From: Candidatus Harrysmithiimonas galli
GTDB lineage: Bacteria; Bacillota; Bacilli; CAJFEE01
Direction: 5' to 3'
Assembly (NCBI GenBank): GCA_904373265.1
Contig: CAJFEE010000008.1
Span: forward strand, 1,132 to 65,131
Length of the DNA: 64,000 nucleotides
Part shown: piece after piece, positions 10,247 through 18,744 of the stretch
Layout of the letters: each line of letters starts with the position of its first letter
How positions within the stretch are numbered: position 1 is the first letter of the stretch
Program-made: the position numbers and the translations under genes
The notes under the pieces: model-generated
What the model was told of the DNA's origin: nothing
Database searches by the model: none
Seen by the model: only the letters and a program-made list of their open reading frames with translations

Positions 10247-11274
10247 TCATTTTTCTACAAAACTAAACTTTTTTAAAAGTTCTTCTGTATGATCATCTAG
10301 AATATCTTCTTGTGAAACACTATGATCAGGAACTTCACATACTTTACATACTGGATGCATTCCTCTATTATGACATAAATGCAACCTCAAAAAATTGTTT
10401 CTTATTTTGGAATTCCAAATCTCAGTTATTTTTCTTTTGTGGAAATTTCCATATATAATCGGTTGATGCGCAATACAACAAGGAACAACATTTCCGTTAG
10501 GTAAAACATACAGCATATAGAACGGAGTTGGACAACATTCTAACTTTTCTGATACTGTATCTTCGCATTTCTTCAATCCTGAGACCATTCCTTCATAATC
10601 CACCCCTAAAAATGCTGGAATGATGTTGTCAATATGAATCGTATCACAAATATTTTTAAACATATTTATAAAAACATCTTCTTCTCCTTTATCCAAAGCG
10701 ACATCTACAGTTTTTATATGAATTTTACACCCCCCCCCGCATTTCTGGAATAAGTATATAAAAAAGTCAAATTTTCTATAAATTTCTCCATATTTATATT
10801 ATAATTACATACTCTCTTATACTTTTCTTCTGTAACTCCTTGAATAGATATTACAATTTTCGATAAACCTGCATCTATTATTTTTTTAGACAAGTCTCTA
10901 GTGAGTAAAGATCCATTAGTAACTAATTGAATACATTCTGCTATGTCCTTTTTATATGCATACTCAATCATCTCCGACAAATAACGATTTAATGTAGGTT
11001 CTCCAATACTTGTCAGGACAAGTGTTTTAATTTTTTTAGGAAAATACACCAACTGATCTATCGCCTTAGTAAAATCTTCATAAGAGAAATATTTTCGAAT
11101 AAGGTGTTTTCTTTCTTCGTGCCCAGTAGGTAAAGATTGCGCACAATACTCACAGCTGAAGTTACAAAAATCTCCCATATAAAATCCTACAACATATGGT
11201 GTATCTATAGGAAGCTCCTTGTATAAAACAGTTCTATTATGGGATTCCTTAGAGGATGCATATTTTTCTTTCAT
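10247..11274 (-). pseudogene. Radical-SAM/SPASM enzyme interrupted by a frameshift in a poly-G tract (phase-OFF as sequenced)
   Basis: The N-terminal half (10714..11274) carries CNFSCEYC. The C-terminal half (10247..10696) carries the Cys-rich SPASM region. Both align colinearly with the intact 347-aa paralogue next door. The RBS aaggaggg precedes the ATG at 11274. Confidence 0.85.
10730..10738 (-). repeat. Homopolymeric G9 tract (C9 on plus strand) at the frameshift point
   Basis: Read directly. The minus strand is aat gcg ggg ggg ggt gta aaa ttc ata taa. G10 or G7 would give ...NAGGGCKIHIKTVDVALDKGEEDVF..., continuous with the downstream ORF. Confidence 0.95.
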
Positions 11275-11298
11275 GAAGCATTCCCTCCTTTCTAACAA

Positions 11299-12342
11299 TC
11301 AGTATAACAGTTCCTTATATTTTTCTAGCAATTTCTCTACATGAGGATCAATTTCATCTCCCTCATATGGAACATCATTAGGATAATCACAGTCTTTGCA
11401 AGCAGAATTTTCAAAACGCTTCCCTTCCAACATACCAATTAAAAAGCGATTATGATCCTGACTATTCCACGCTTGTAACAATGTTGTAGTCCGAACATTC
11501 CCAAGCTCTTTACATGGATTAAATGGTGCACCACAAGGTCGAATATCCCCATCTGGGGCAATACTTAGCATATAAAAACTTAAATAACAAGCTTTTTGTT
11601 TTAGATGTGGTCTTCCAAAACGGCTAGTTGTCATATTGGATTCATTATCTCCTAAAATATTTGTATAATCTACATCTGCATATAATGGCTTAATGGTTTC
11701 AATGTGAATTGAATCGCAAATATTACCAAATATTTCAAAAAACTTTTCTTTCTCCCCATCTTCTAATGCAATATCTGCAATTTTAATATTCACTTGACAT
11801 TTTCCTCTGCTATATTCATAAAAATATGTTAAATTTTCTACATATTTATCAAAATTAATCTTTACTCCACATACTTCTTTATATTTTTCTGCTGTCAATC
11901 CTTGTAAAGAAATAAAAATCCGATCCAATCCGGCATCAATAATTTCTTCACTCTTTTTCTTTGTCAAAAGTATCCCGTTTGTAATAAAAGAAACTTCTTC
12001 TGAAACTTTTTCATCTTTGACAATCCGAACCATTTCGGAAAATCTCGGATTTGCTAACGATTCACCTTGTCCTGATAAACTAATAGACTTCACTTTCCTA
12101 GGAAACTGTTTTAATTGTTCAACTGTTTTTATAAAAATTTCCCAATCCATATGTTTATATACAAATCCTTTTTTCTTTAACTCTTCTCCACCAAGAGAAT
12201 GAATACAATATTTACATCCAATATTACAGATTTGAGAAGGACAGATAGTAACTGCATATGGTGTATCTAAAGGAAGTACCTCATGTAAATTTACACGGTT
12301 TGGATTAAAAACGGGTTGAAACTTTGCTTTGATTTCTTTCAT
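11299..12342 (-). CDS. Radical-SAM enzyme with C-terminal SPASM/twitch-like Cys-rich domain
   Basis: 347 aa, CNIGCKYC (CxxxCxxC). C-terminal cysteines: CYLSF...RPCG...CKDCDYP. Confidence 0.85.
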   Translation of the reverse strand: MKEIKAKFQPVFNPNRVNLHEVLPLDTPYAVTICPSQICNIGCKYCIHSLGGEELKKKGFVYKHMDWEIFIKTVEQLKQFPRKVKSISLSGQGESLANPRFSEMVRIVKDEKVSEEVSFITNGILLTKKKSEEIIDAGLDRIFISLQGLTAEKYKEVCGVKINFDKYVENLTYFYEYSRGKCQVNIKIADIALEDGEKEKFFEIFGNICDSIHIETIKPLYADVDYTNILGDNESNMTTSRFGRPHLKQKACYLSFYMLSIAPDGDIRPCGAPFNPCKELGNVRTTTLLQAWNSQDHNRFLIGMLEGKRFENSACKDCDYPNDVPYEGDEIDPHVEKLLEKYKELLY

Positions 12343-13481
12343 TGTACAATCTCCTCCTCTTCATATAAACAATATAAAACCGTATCACATGGTGTAATTG
12401 AATGATGTCTCAAGTATAATTTATACTTCGGAACCAATTTTTTACAATAAGAAATAATGTCTATTAAATCTTCTTTTTTATGATATACACAAATTGCTAA
12501 ATAAGGATGATTGGTCTTTATTGTTTCAGACGCACCTTGTAATGCCTCTAATTCACTACCTTCTATGTCCATTTTCATAAATGTTACTCGTTTCCCATTA
12601 ATTACTTTATCAATGGTGTCTGTATAAAAATATTGTATATCATCATTTGCACCTTGGCTCTGAATGGTTGTTGCCATTGTTAATTCACCATAATCATTAC
12701 AATAATATGCGCATTTATCTTTTTTATTTGAAGCAGCTACTTCATATAATTCAAAATTTGGTAACCCCTTAAGATTTTCTTTAATAAGCTCTGCTGAAGA
12801 ATGAATGGGTTCAAATGCATAAATTCGTTCATACTTTCCATCTGTAAATTCTAAAAACTGTTCTATTGTATCACCGTTATATGCACCTATGTCCACGAAA
12901 ATATGGTTCTCTAATTTAGGAATTAAATTTTTTAAAAAATACTGCTGTGTTGAAGTCATCACCTCCTCATAATAAGACAAATCACCTGTTAACACACTAT
13001 TTAACACACCACAAAATACATTTCTTGACTCCTCATCTTCAAGCAGCTGATAGCTTTTTTCAAACATCTTTAAATGATCAAGTACATATTTTTTTGTAAA
13101 CCCTTTAAACAACGGGTTAAATACATCAAAACGAAATGTATGAATATGCGACATATTCAACTGCTTAATCTGCTCTTGTTTTTCTTTATAAAAGCTGTCA
13201 TTTATAATTACAAATACTTCTTGTTCCATATGTTTCAACTCATTTGGAGCCAATACTGGTAACTCTTTAATTGTTGTACCTTGCTTATTCGGATCATTAT
13301 CACAAAATGCATAGATCTCAACACCATTTTCTTTTAGCAATTTTAAAGCGAGAAACCCTTGATCTCCCGCACCAAAAATAATAACACGCACAGGAGAAGT
13401 ATTTTGATAGCGTTCTAAAAACAGTTCAAATTTGGTTTTCTCTTCACTTAAAATTATTCTACTTTCCAAAGTATCTCCCAT
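12339..13481 (-). CDS. FkbM-family SAM-dependent methyltransferase with N-terminal Rossmann-like domain
   Basis: 380 aa. FMKMDIEGSELEALQGA is typical of the FkbM family. The N-terminal VIIFGAGDQG...DNDPNKQG module is also present. Confidence 0.75.
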   Translation of the reverse strand: MGDTLESRIILSEEKTKFELFLERYQNTSPVRVIIFGAGDQGFLALKLLKENGVEIYAFCDNDPNKQGTTIKELPVLAPNELKHMEQEVFVIINDSFYKEKQEQIKQLNMSHIHTFRFDVFNPLFKGFTKKYVLDHLKMFEKSYQLLEDEESRNVFCGVLNSVLTGDLSYYEEVMTSTQQYFLKNLIPKLENHIFVDIGAYNGDTIEQFLEFTDGKYERIYAFEPIHSSAELIKENLKGLPNFELYEVAASNKKDKCAYYCNDYGELTMATTIQSQGANDDIQYFYTDTIDKVINGKRVTFMKMDIEGSELEALQGASETIKTNHPYLAICVYHKKEDLIDIISYCKKLVPKYKLYLRHHSITPCDTVLYCLYEEEEIVQ

Positions 13482-13495
13482 ATTCTATTCTCTCC

Positions 13496-14350
13496 TTAAT
13501 AAAGTAACTGACCCAAACAAATTTGTTTTCTATGATTCTGATACCACTCAGTCAGTTGATTTATAGAATGCATAATCTCTTCAATGTCTAATCTTATTTC
13601 TTTTACAATTCTATCATTATTCGATGTGTACTCCAATCCATATCCGTCTTTTGCCACAAAAATCGGATAATCCAGCCCTACTGTTTCTTTCACAATTTGC
13701 GCCAACTCATATAGCTCATATATTCGACCTGATGTTGCATTATAGTTTTGATATTTCATCTTATTTTCTATAAAATAAGCAACCATTTTACACAAATCAT
13801 CAATGAATAAATAATCAAATTTCGTATTTTGACGAATGGTAATCGGAAATCCGTATATGGCTTTACAAATTGCATTTGAGATAAATCTACGCTGCCAAAT
13901 TTCATACTTACCGAAAATTCCGAATAAACGGAAGTTATATACATTCGGGAGTTGACTTGCCAATTGCTGCATTGTATACATGCAAAGTCCATAAGTATCC
14001 GAAGGAATCACTTGACCCAAATCGTCCTCAGAAACCTGTACGATATCTTTCTGCTTGCCATATTCTGCGCCACTTCCAAAATAAAGCATCTTTCCATACA
14101 AATTATGATGGGTTGCCAGATTGGTAAACATACGCAAACGCTTTTCAAAATAATCAATCGAACCATCTCTTACATCCAATGCATTGATAACAATATCAAA
14201 ATTTCCTTTAGAAAGACACTGAAATATTGCATTTTCGTCCAATACATCTAGCTCTTGATGACTAGGTGCAACAATTTCATACTTATCTTCAAAATATTCT
14301 TGTATATTTTTCCCAATAAAACCTGATGATCCTAAAATTAAAATTTTCAC
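13496..14350 (-). CDS. Short NAD-dependent epimerase/reductase (CDP-paratose/abequose-synthase-sized 4-ketoreductase candidate)
   Basis: 284 aa with MKILILGSSGFIGKNI Rossmann N-terminus. Confidence 0.7.
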   Translation of the reverse strand: MKILILGSSGFIGKNIQEYFEDKYEIVAPSHQELDVLDENAIFQCLSKGNFDIVINALDVRDGSIDYFEKRLRMFTNLATHHNLYGKMLYFGSGAEYGKQKDIVQVSEDDLGQVIPSDTYGLCMYTMQQLASQLPNVYNFRLFGIFGKYEIWQRRFISNAICKAIYGFPITIRQNTKFDYLFIDDLCKMVAYFIENKMKYQNYNATSGRIYELYELAQIVKETVGLDYPIFVAKDGYGLEYTSNNDRIVKEIRLDIEEIMHSINQLTEWYQNHRKQICLGQLLY

Positions 14351-14380
14351 ACCAATTCTTCATAGCCTCCATATTTTTAT

Positions 14381-15556
14381 TTATGTAAACGATAAAACCT
14401 CATTTTTCAATCCCATACTTTCTATTTGTTCAATAATATTATTAGAATGCAGCATCGAGCATACAATAATAATTGCATCTGCATTTTGATTCTTATAAAG
14501 AACATTGGGAGCTTTAATTGTTTTATCAAAAAACATTTTATCAATTTTACTGCTATTATTATCTACAAAGCATTTTATATTACACTTTCCAAGATTTGTT
14601 GTAGTTAATAAATTCATTGTAAAAGCACCTGTGCCCCACACAATAACATCTTTGCCTTTTTGTATAATTAAATTAATTTTTTCTTGAATTTCTTTTAAGT
14701 CATCTTCTTGACAAGACAAATATTCTTTAACAGCCAAAGCAGTCTCATTATCCTTACAAATTTCTTCAGCTACACTGCATTTTTTAAATACACCTATAGT
14801 GAGTGGTGATGGAAACTCTTTATGATAATAAGTAAAATTATTTCCATCAATCTTTATTAAACCACAACTTGCACATAAATTCTTTAAAGACATCGGTGAA
14901 AAATAATTAATATGCTCTATATTAAATTGATCCGCTACTGGAGTTATAACTTTATTTACTCTAGAATAATCTGGTACATTAATAATCAAAAGCCCATTTT
15001 CACATAAATATTCCTTGATTTTCAAAATTGCTTTATCAGGATGATATAAATGTTCAGCAACACACATTAAAAAAACCACATCAAATTTCCCCTTTAAATC
15101 ATCCGGAACCTCATCATAAACACTTCCTTGCACACCTTTTAGTCCATATTCTTTCAGAATTTTAATACTTGTTAAAGAAGGATCTAAACCTTGAATATTT
15201 TTATATCCTGCTTTTTTCAATTCTAATTCAAAATGAGCATTTCCGACACCAATATTTAAAAGCTCCCCCCCGAGGACTGAATTTTCTGACAAATACTTTT
15301 GACAAATCTTGTAATTGCTGAACTCATGTTCCTTTACATCTTCACCATACCAATTACAATTCTCATAATAATAATCGTAATCTTCTTTTGTAGCTGTAGT
15401 ATCTGCATATACAAATCCACATTCTACACAGGAAACAACATCATAACCATTCGGTAAACGAAATTCTTCCGGAACCGTCATCTTTATTTCGCGAATAAAT
15501 TCAACTGTTTCACTGTTACAAATCGGACATTTTCTCGCTTTACATTTTTTCACCAT
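14381..15556 (-). CDS. Class I SAM-dependent methyltransferase with N-terminal zinc ribbon and C-terminal Rossmann-like module
   Basis: 391 aa. CPICNS...CVECG zinc ribbon, LLNIGVGNAHF SAM motif I, and a C-terminal VIVWGTGAF...DNNSSK module. Confidence 0.75.
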   Translation of the reverse strand: MVKKCKARKCPICNSETVEFIREIKMTVPEEFRLPNGYDVVSCVECGFVYADTTATKEDYDYYYENCNWYGEDVKEHEFSNYKICQKYLSENSVLGGELLNIGVGNAHFELELKKAGYKNIQGLDPSLTSIKILKEYGLKGVQGSVYDEVPDDLKGKFDVVFLMCVAEHLYHPDKAILKIKEYLCENGLLIINVPDYSRVNKVITPVADQFNIEHINYFSPMSLKNLCASCGLIKIDGNNFTYYHKEFPSPLTIGVFKKCSVAEEICKDNETALAVKEYLSCQEDDLKEIQEKINLIIQKGKDVIVWGTGAFTMNLLTTTNLGKCNIKCFVDNNSSKIDKMFFDKTIKAPNVLYKNQNADAIIIVCSMLHSNNIIEQIESMGLKNEVLSFT

Positions 15557-16899
15557 ATATTATCACCCTTTTTTACTCTTTTTCTAATCTTCTCTACCAT
15601 AACCCCAATCATCTCTTCTGTCATACCTGGGTATACACCAATCCAAAAACTATCTTTCATAATTTGATCTGTATTTTCTAAATTACCTACAACACGATAT
15701 TCTGTTTCTGTCAAATTCTCCATACATGGATGACGCAACAAGTTACCTGCAAACAACATTCTTGTTTGAATTTGATTTTCTTCCAGAAATTGAACCAATT
15801 CATCTCGTGTGACTGGACAATTCTCCTTTACGGTAATTAAAAAGCCAAACCAACTTGGATTTGCACAAGGTGCTTGTTCAGGTAAAAGCAAAAAATCTTG
15901 CAGATCTTTTAATCCCTCTTTTAACAACAGCCAATTTTCCCTACGTTGTTCAATAAATTGTGGAAGTTTTTTTAGCTGTGCATAACCAATTGCCGCTTGC
16001 ATATCTGTCACTTTTAAATTAAAGCCAAAATGGGCATATACATATTTATGGTCATATCCAACCGGTAAAGAACCAAATTGCTGCGTGAAACGACATTGAC
16101 AAGTGTTGTCTTTCCCTGACGGACACCAACAATCTCTGCCCCAATCACGAAAAGACTTAATAATCTGATACAACTTCCGATCATTCGTATAAAGCGCTCC
16201 TCCTTCGCCCATTGTCATATGATGTGGTGGATAAAAGCTAGAAGTACCAATATGTCCGATTGTTCCTGTATATTTCCATTCTCCATCCAGTTCATATTGA
16301 CTGCCAAGTGCATCACAATTATCCTCAATTAACCATAAATCATATTTATCACAAAAAGCTTTGACAGCCTTTAAATCAAAAGGATTTCCTAATGTATGTG
16401 CAATCATCACTGCTTTTGTCTTTGAAGAATAGGCCTTTTCAAGATACGTCACATCAATATTATATTGTGGTAACGTTACATCAACAAATACTGGAACCGC
16501 ACCATATTGTACGATTGGCGCAACCGTTGTTGGAAACCCTGCAGCAACTGTAATGACTTCATCTCCTCGACAAATTCGTTTCTTTCCTAATTTTGAAGAA
16601 GTCAAGGCCCAAAATGCAAGGAGATTTGCAGAGGAACCTGAGTTGGTAAGTAAACAATACCGGACTTGTAAAAACTCTGCTAAACTTTTTTCAAACCGAT
16701 CAGCATATTTCCCTGCAGTTAACCAAAATTCAAGGCTACTATCAACCAAATTCACCATTTCATCTTCATCAAAAACACGACCAGCATAAGAAATTTTTTC
16801 CCCGATTTGATAGCTTTTCGGCTGCATATAATTTTGATAATACTGCTTAACAAGCGACAAAATTGCTTCCTTCGCCTGCGCTTGATTTTTATTTTCCAT
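15550..16899 (-). CDS. rfbH: CDP-4-keto-6-deoxy-D-glucose 3-dehydrase (E1; RfbH/DdhC, DegT family)
   Basis: 449 aa. Long colinear matches to RfbH as I recall it, e.g. GDEVITVAAGFPTTV, IAHTLGN, FRDWGRDCWC...DNTC, GYDHKY, NLKVTDMQAA, PSWFGF, FWIGVYPG. Confidence 0.9.
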   Translation of the reverse strand: MENKNQAQAKEAILSLVKQYYQNYMQPKSYQIGEKISYAGRVFDEDEMVNLVDSSLEFWLTAGKYADRFEKSLAEFLQVRYCLLTNSGSSANLLAFWALTSSKLGKKRICRGDEVITVAAGFPTTVAPIVQYGAVPVFVDVTLPQYNIDVTYLEKAYSSKTKAVMIAHTLGNPFDLKAVKAFCDKYDLWLIEDNCDALGSQYELDGEWKYTGTIGHIGTSSFYPPHHMTMGEGGALYTNDRKLYQIIKSFRDWGRDCWCPSGKDNTCQCRFTQQFGSLPVGYDHKYVYAHFGFNLKVTDMQAAIGYAQLKKLPQFIEQRRENWLLLKEGLKDLQDFLLLPEQAPCANPSWFGFLITVKENCPVTRDELVQFLEENQIQTRMLFAGNLLRHPCMENLTETEYRVVGNLENTDQIMKDSFWIGVYPGMTEEMIGVMVEKIRKRVKKGDNIW

Positions 16900-17974
16900 A
16901 TTTCATATTCTCCACGTATTCCAAAATTTGTCGGGTAGTAAATTTACACATATCTTGATTTTTTCTGTATGCATCATACCATTCGACAGTTTTTTTCATT
17001 CCAACTTGTATTTCCCAAACAGGATGCCAATTTAATACCTTTTTAATTTTATCACAGTCTAAACGTAAAAGATTTGCTTCATGTAGAGGATTTGCTTCCT
17101 TTGTCACTTCCCATACTAGAGAAACATCATTCAAATCATTCCATTGGTCACAAAATGCTTGAACCAATTCTTTTGTCTGTAAGCAATCTGAATCATTAGG
17201 TCCTACATTATACGCACCCGCATATACCTGATTTCTGTGCTGAAGTTCTGCAAGTCGTAAATACACAAAAATTGGCTCCAATACATGCTGATACGGGCGA
17301 ACCGAGTACGGCGAACGCAAGATAATTTTTTCCTGATTTTGCACCGCACGAAAGCAATCCGGAATAATACGGTCTTTTGCAAAATCTCCGCCACCAATTA
17401 CATTTCCAGAACGAACTGTACTGACAGATAAATTTTCACGCTGTGAAAAGAAGGATTTTCGATAGGCATCTGTTACCAGCTCAGAACAAGATTTGGAATT
17501 TGAATACGGATCATAACCGTTTAACCGATCTTCTTCTCGATAACCTCGCTGCCATTCCTTATTTTCATATACCTTATCCGTTGTAATATTGACAACCGAA
17601 CGCACACACGAATTCAAACGAACACATTCCATTAAATGAACCGTTCCCATCACATTTGTTTCATAGGTATATACCGGATTTTTATACGATTCTCGCACCA
17701 ATGGCTGTGCCGCCATATGAAACACAATTTCCGGCTGTACTTCTTGGAAAACTTTATTTAACCGTTTGAAATCCTGCATAGGTGCAAGATGGCTTTGTAG
17801 CTTTTGATCCAGCTGTAATAAATCATACAAATTATTTTTATCATTCGGTTGTAAGGCATAACCTACAACATTTGCACCAAGCAAATGTAAAGTTTCACAA
17901 ATCCAGCTTCCTTTAAATCCTGTATGACCTGTAACAAGAACCGTTTTTCCTTGATAAAAATTTACAAGACTCAT
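16889..17974 (-). CDS. rfbG: CDP-glucose 4,6-dehydratase
   Basis: FYQGKTVLVTGHTGFKGSW N-terminus. The likely start is the ATG at 17974, overlapping the rfbF stop as ATGA; the ORF track extends to 18010. Confidence 0.9.
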   Translation of the reverse strand: MSLVNFYQGKTVLVTGHTGFKGSWICETLHLLGANVVGYALQPNDKNNLYDLLQLDQKLQSHLAPMQDFKRLNKVFQEVQPEIVFHMAAQPLVRESYKNPVYTYETNVMGTVHLMECVRLNSCVRSVVNITTDKVYENKEWQRGYREEDRLNGYDPYSNSKSCSELVTDAYRKSFFSQRENLSVSTVRSGNVIGGGDFAKDRIIPDCFRAVQNQEKIILRSPYSVRPYQHVLEPIFVYLRLAELQHRNQVYAGAYNVGPNDSDCLQTKELVQAFCDQWNDLNDVSLVWEVTKEANPLHEANLLRLDCDKIKKVLNWHPVWEIQVGMKKTVEWYDAYRKNQDMCKFTTRQILEYVENMKYGK

Positions 17975-18744
17975 GCCCATTGTTTCCATGGAGCTTGTCC
18001 TCTTTCCCAAAGTTCCTCTAAAATATTTTTATCCCGCAATGTGTCCATACATTGCCAAAATCCAGTATGGCGATATGCCATAAGCTGGTTTGTATTTGCT
18101 AGAGTTTCCAATGGATAGCCTTCAAATGATTCATTTTCATCTCGAATATACGAAAAAACATCCGGTTGCAGTATCATAAATCCGGCATTGATCCACCCAC
18201 CGTCTTCCTTACTTTTTTCACGAAAACTTTGAATTCGATCGTCTTCTTCAATATCAAGTACACCGAATCTTCCTCCCGGTTGAACGGAAGTAATCGTTGC
18301 AAGTTTACCATGTTTTTTATGAAACTTCACAACCTCTGTAATATTCACATCACTCACTCCGTCACCATAGGTAAGCAGAAACGGTTCATTGCCAATATAA
18401 GGCTCAATTTTTTTCACACGTCCACCTGTACTTGTATGTAATCCTGTATCAATTAAAGTGACCTTCCAAGGCTCAGATGTATTATTATGAATTTGCATTT
18501 TATTATTTTTCAAATCAAAAGTTACATCTGACATATGTAAGAAATAGTCAGAAAAAAACTCTTTAATAACATAACCTTTATATCCCAAACAAATGATAAA
18601 CTCTGTATAACCGTAATGCGCGTAGCTTTTCATAATATGCCAGAGTATGGGTTTGCCCCCGATTTCAATCATTGGCTTCGGTTTTAGATGAGATTCCTCA
18701 GAAATACGTGTTCCAAGACCACCTGCTAAAATGACGACTTTCAA
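17971..18744 (-). CDS. rfbF: Glucose-1-phosphate cytidylyltransferase
   Basis: 257 aa with MKVVILAGGLGTRISEESHLKPKPMIEIGGKPILWHIMK. Confidence 0.92.
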   Translation of the reverse strand: MKVVILAGGLGTRISEESHLKPKPMIEIGGKPILWHIMKSYAHYGYTEFIICLGYKGYVIKEFFSDYFLHMSDVTFDLKNNKMQIHNNTSEPWKVTLIDTGLHTSTGGRVKKIEPYIGNEPFLLTYGDGVSDVNITEVVKFHKKHGKLATITSVQPGGRFGVLDIEEDDRIQSFREKSKEDGGWINAGFMILQPDVFSYIRDENESFEGYPLETLANTNQLMAYRHTGFWQCMDTLRDKNILEELWERGQAPWKQWA

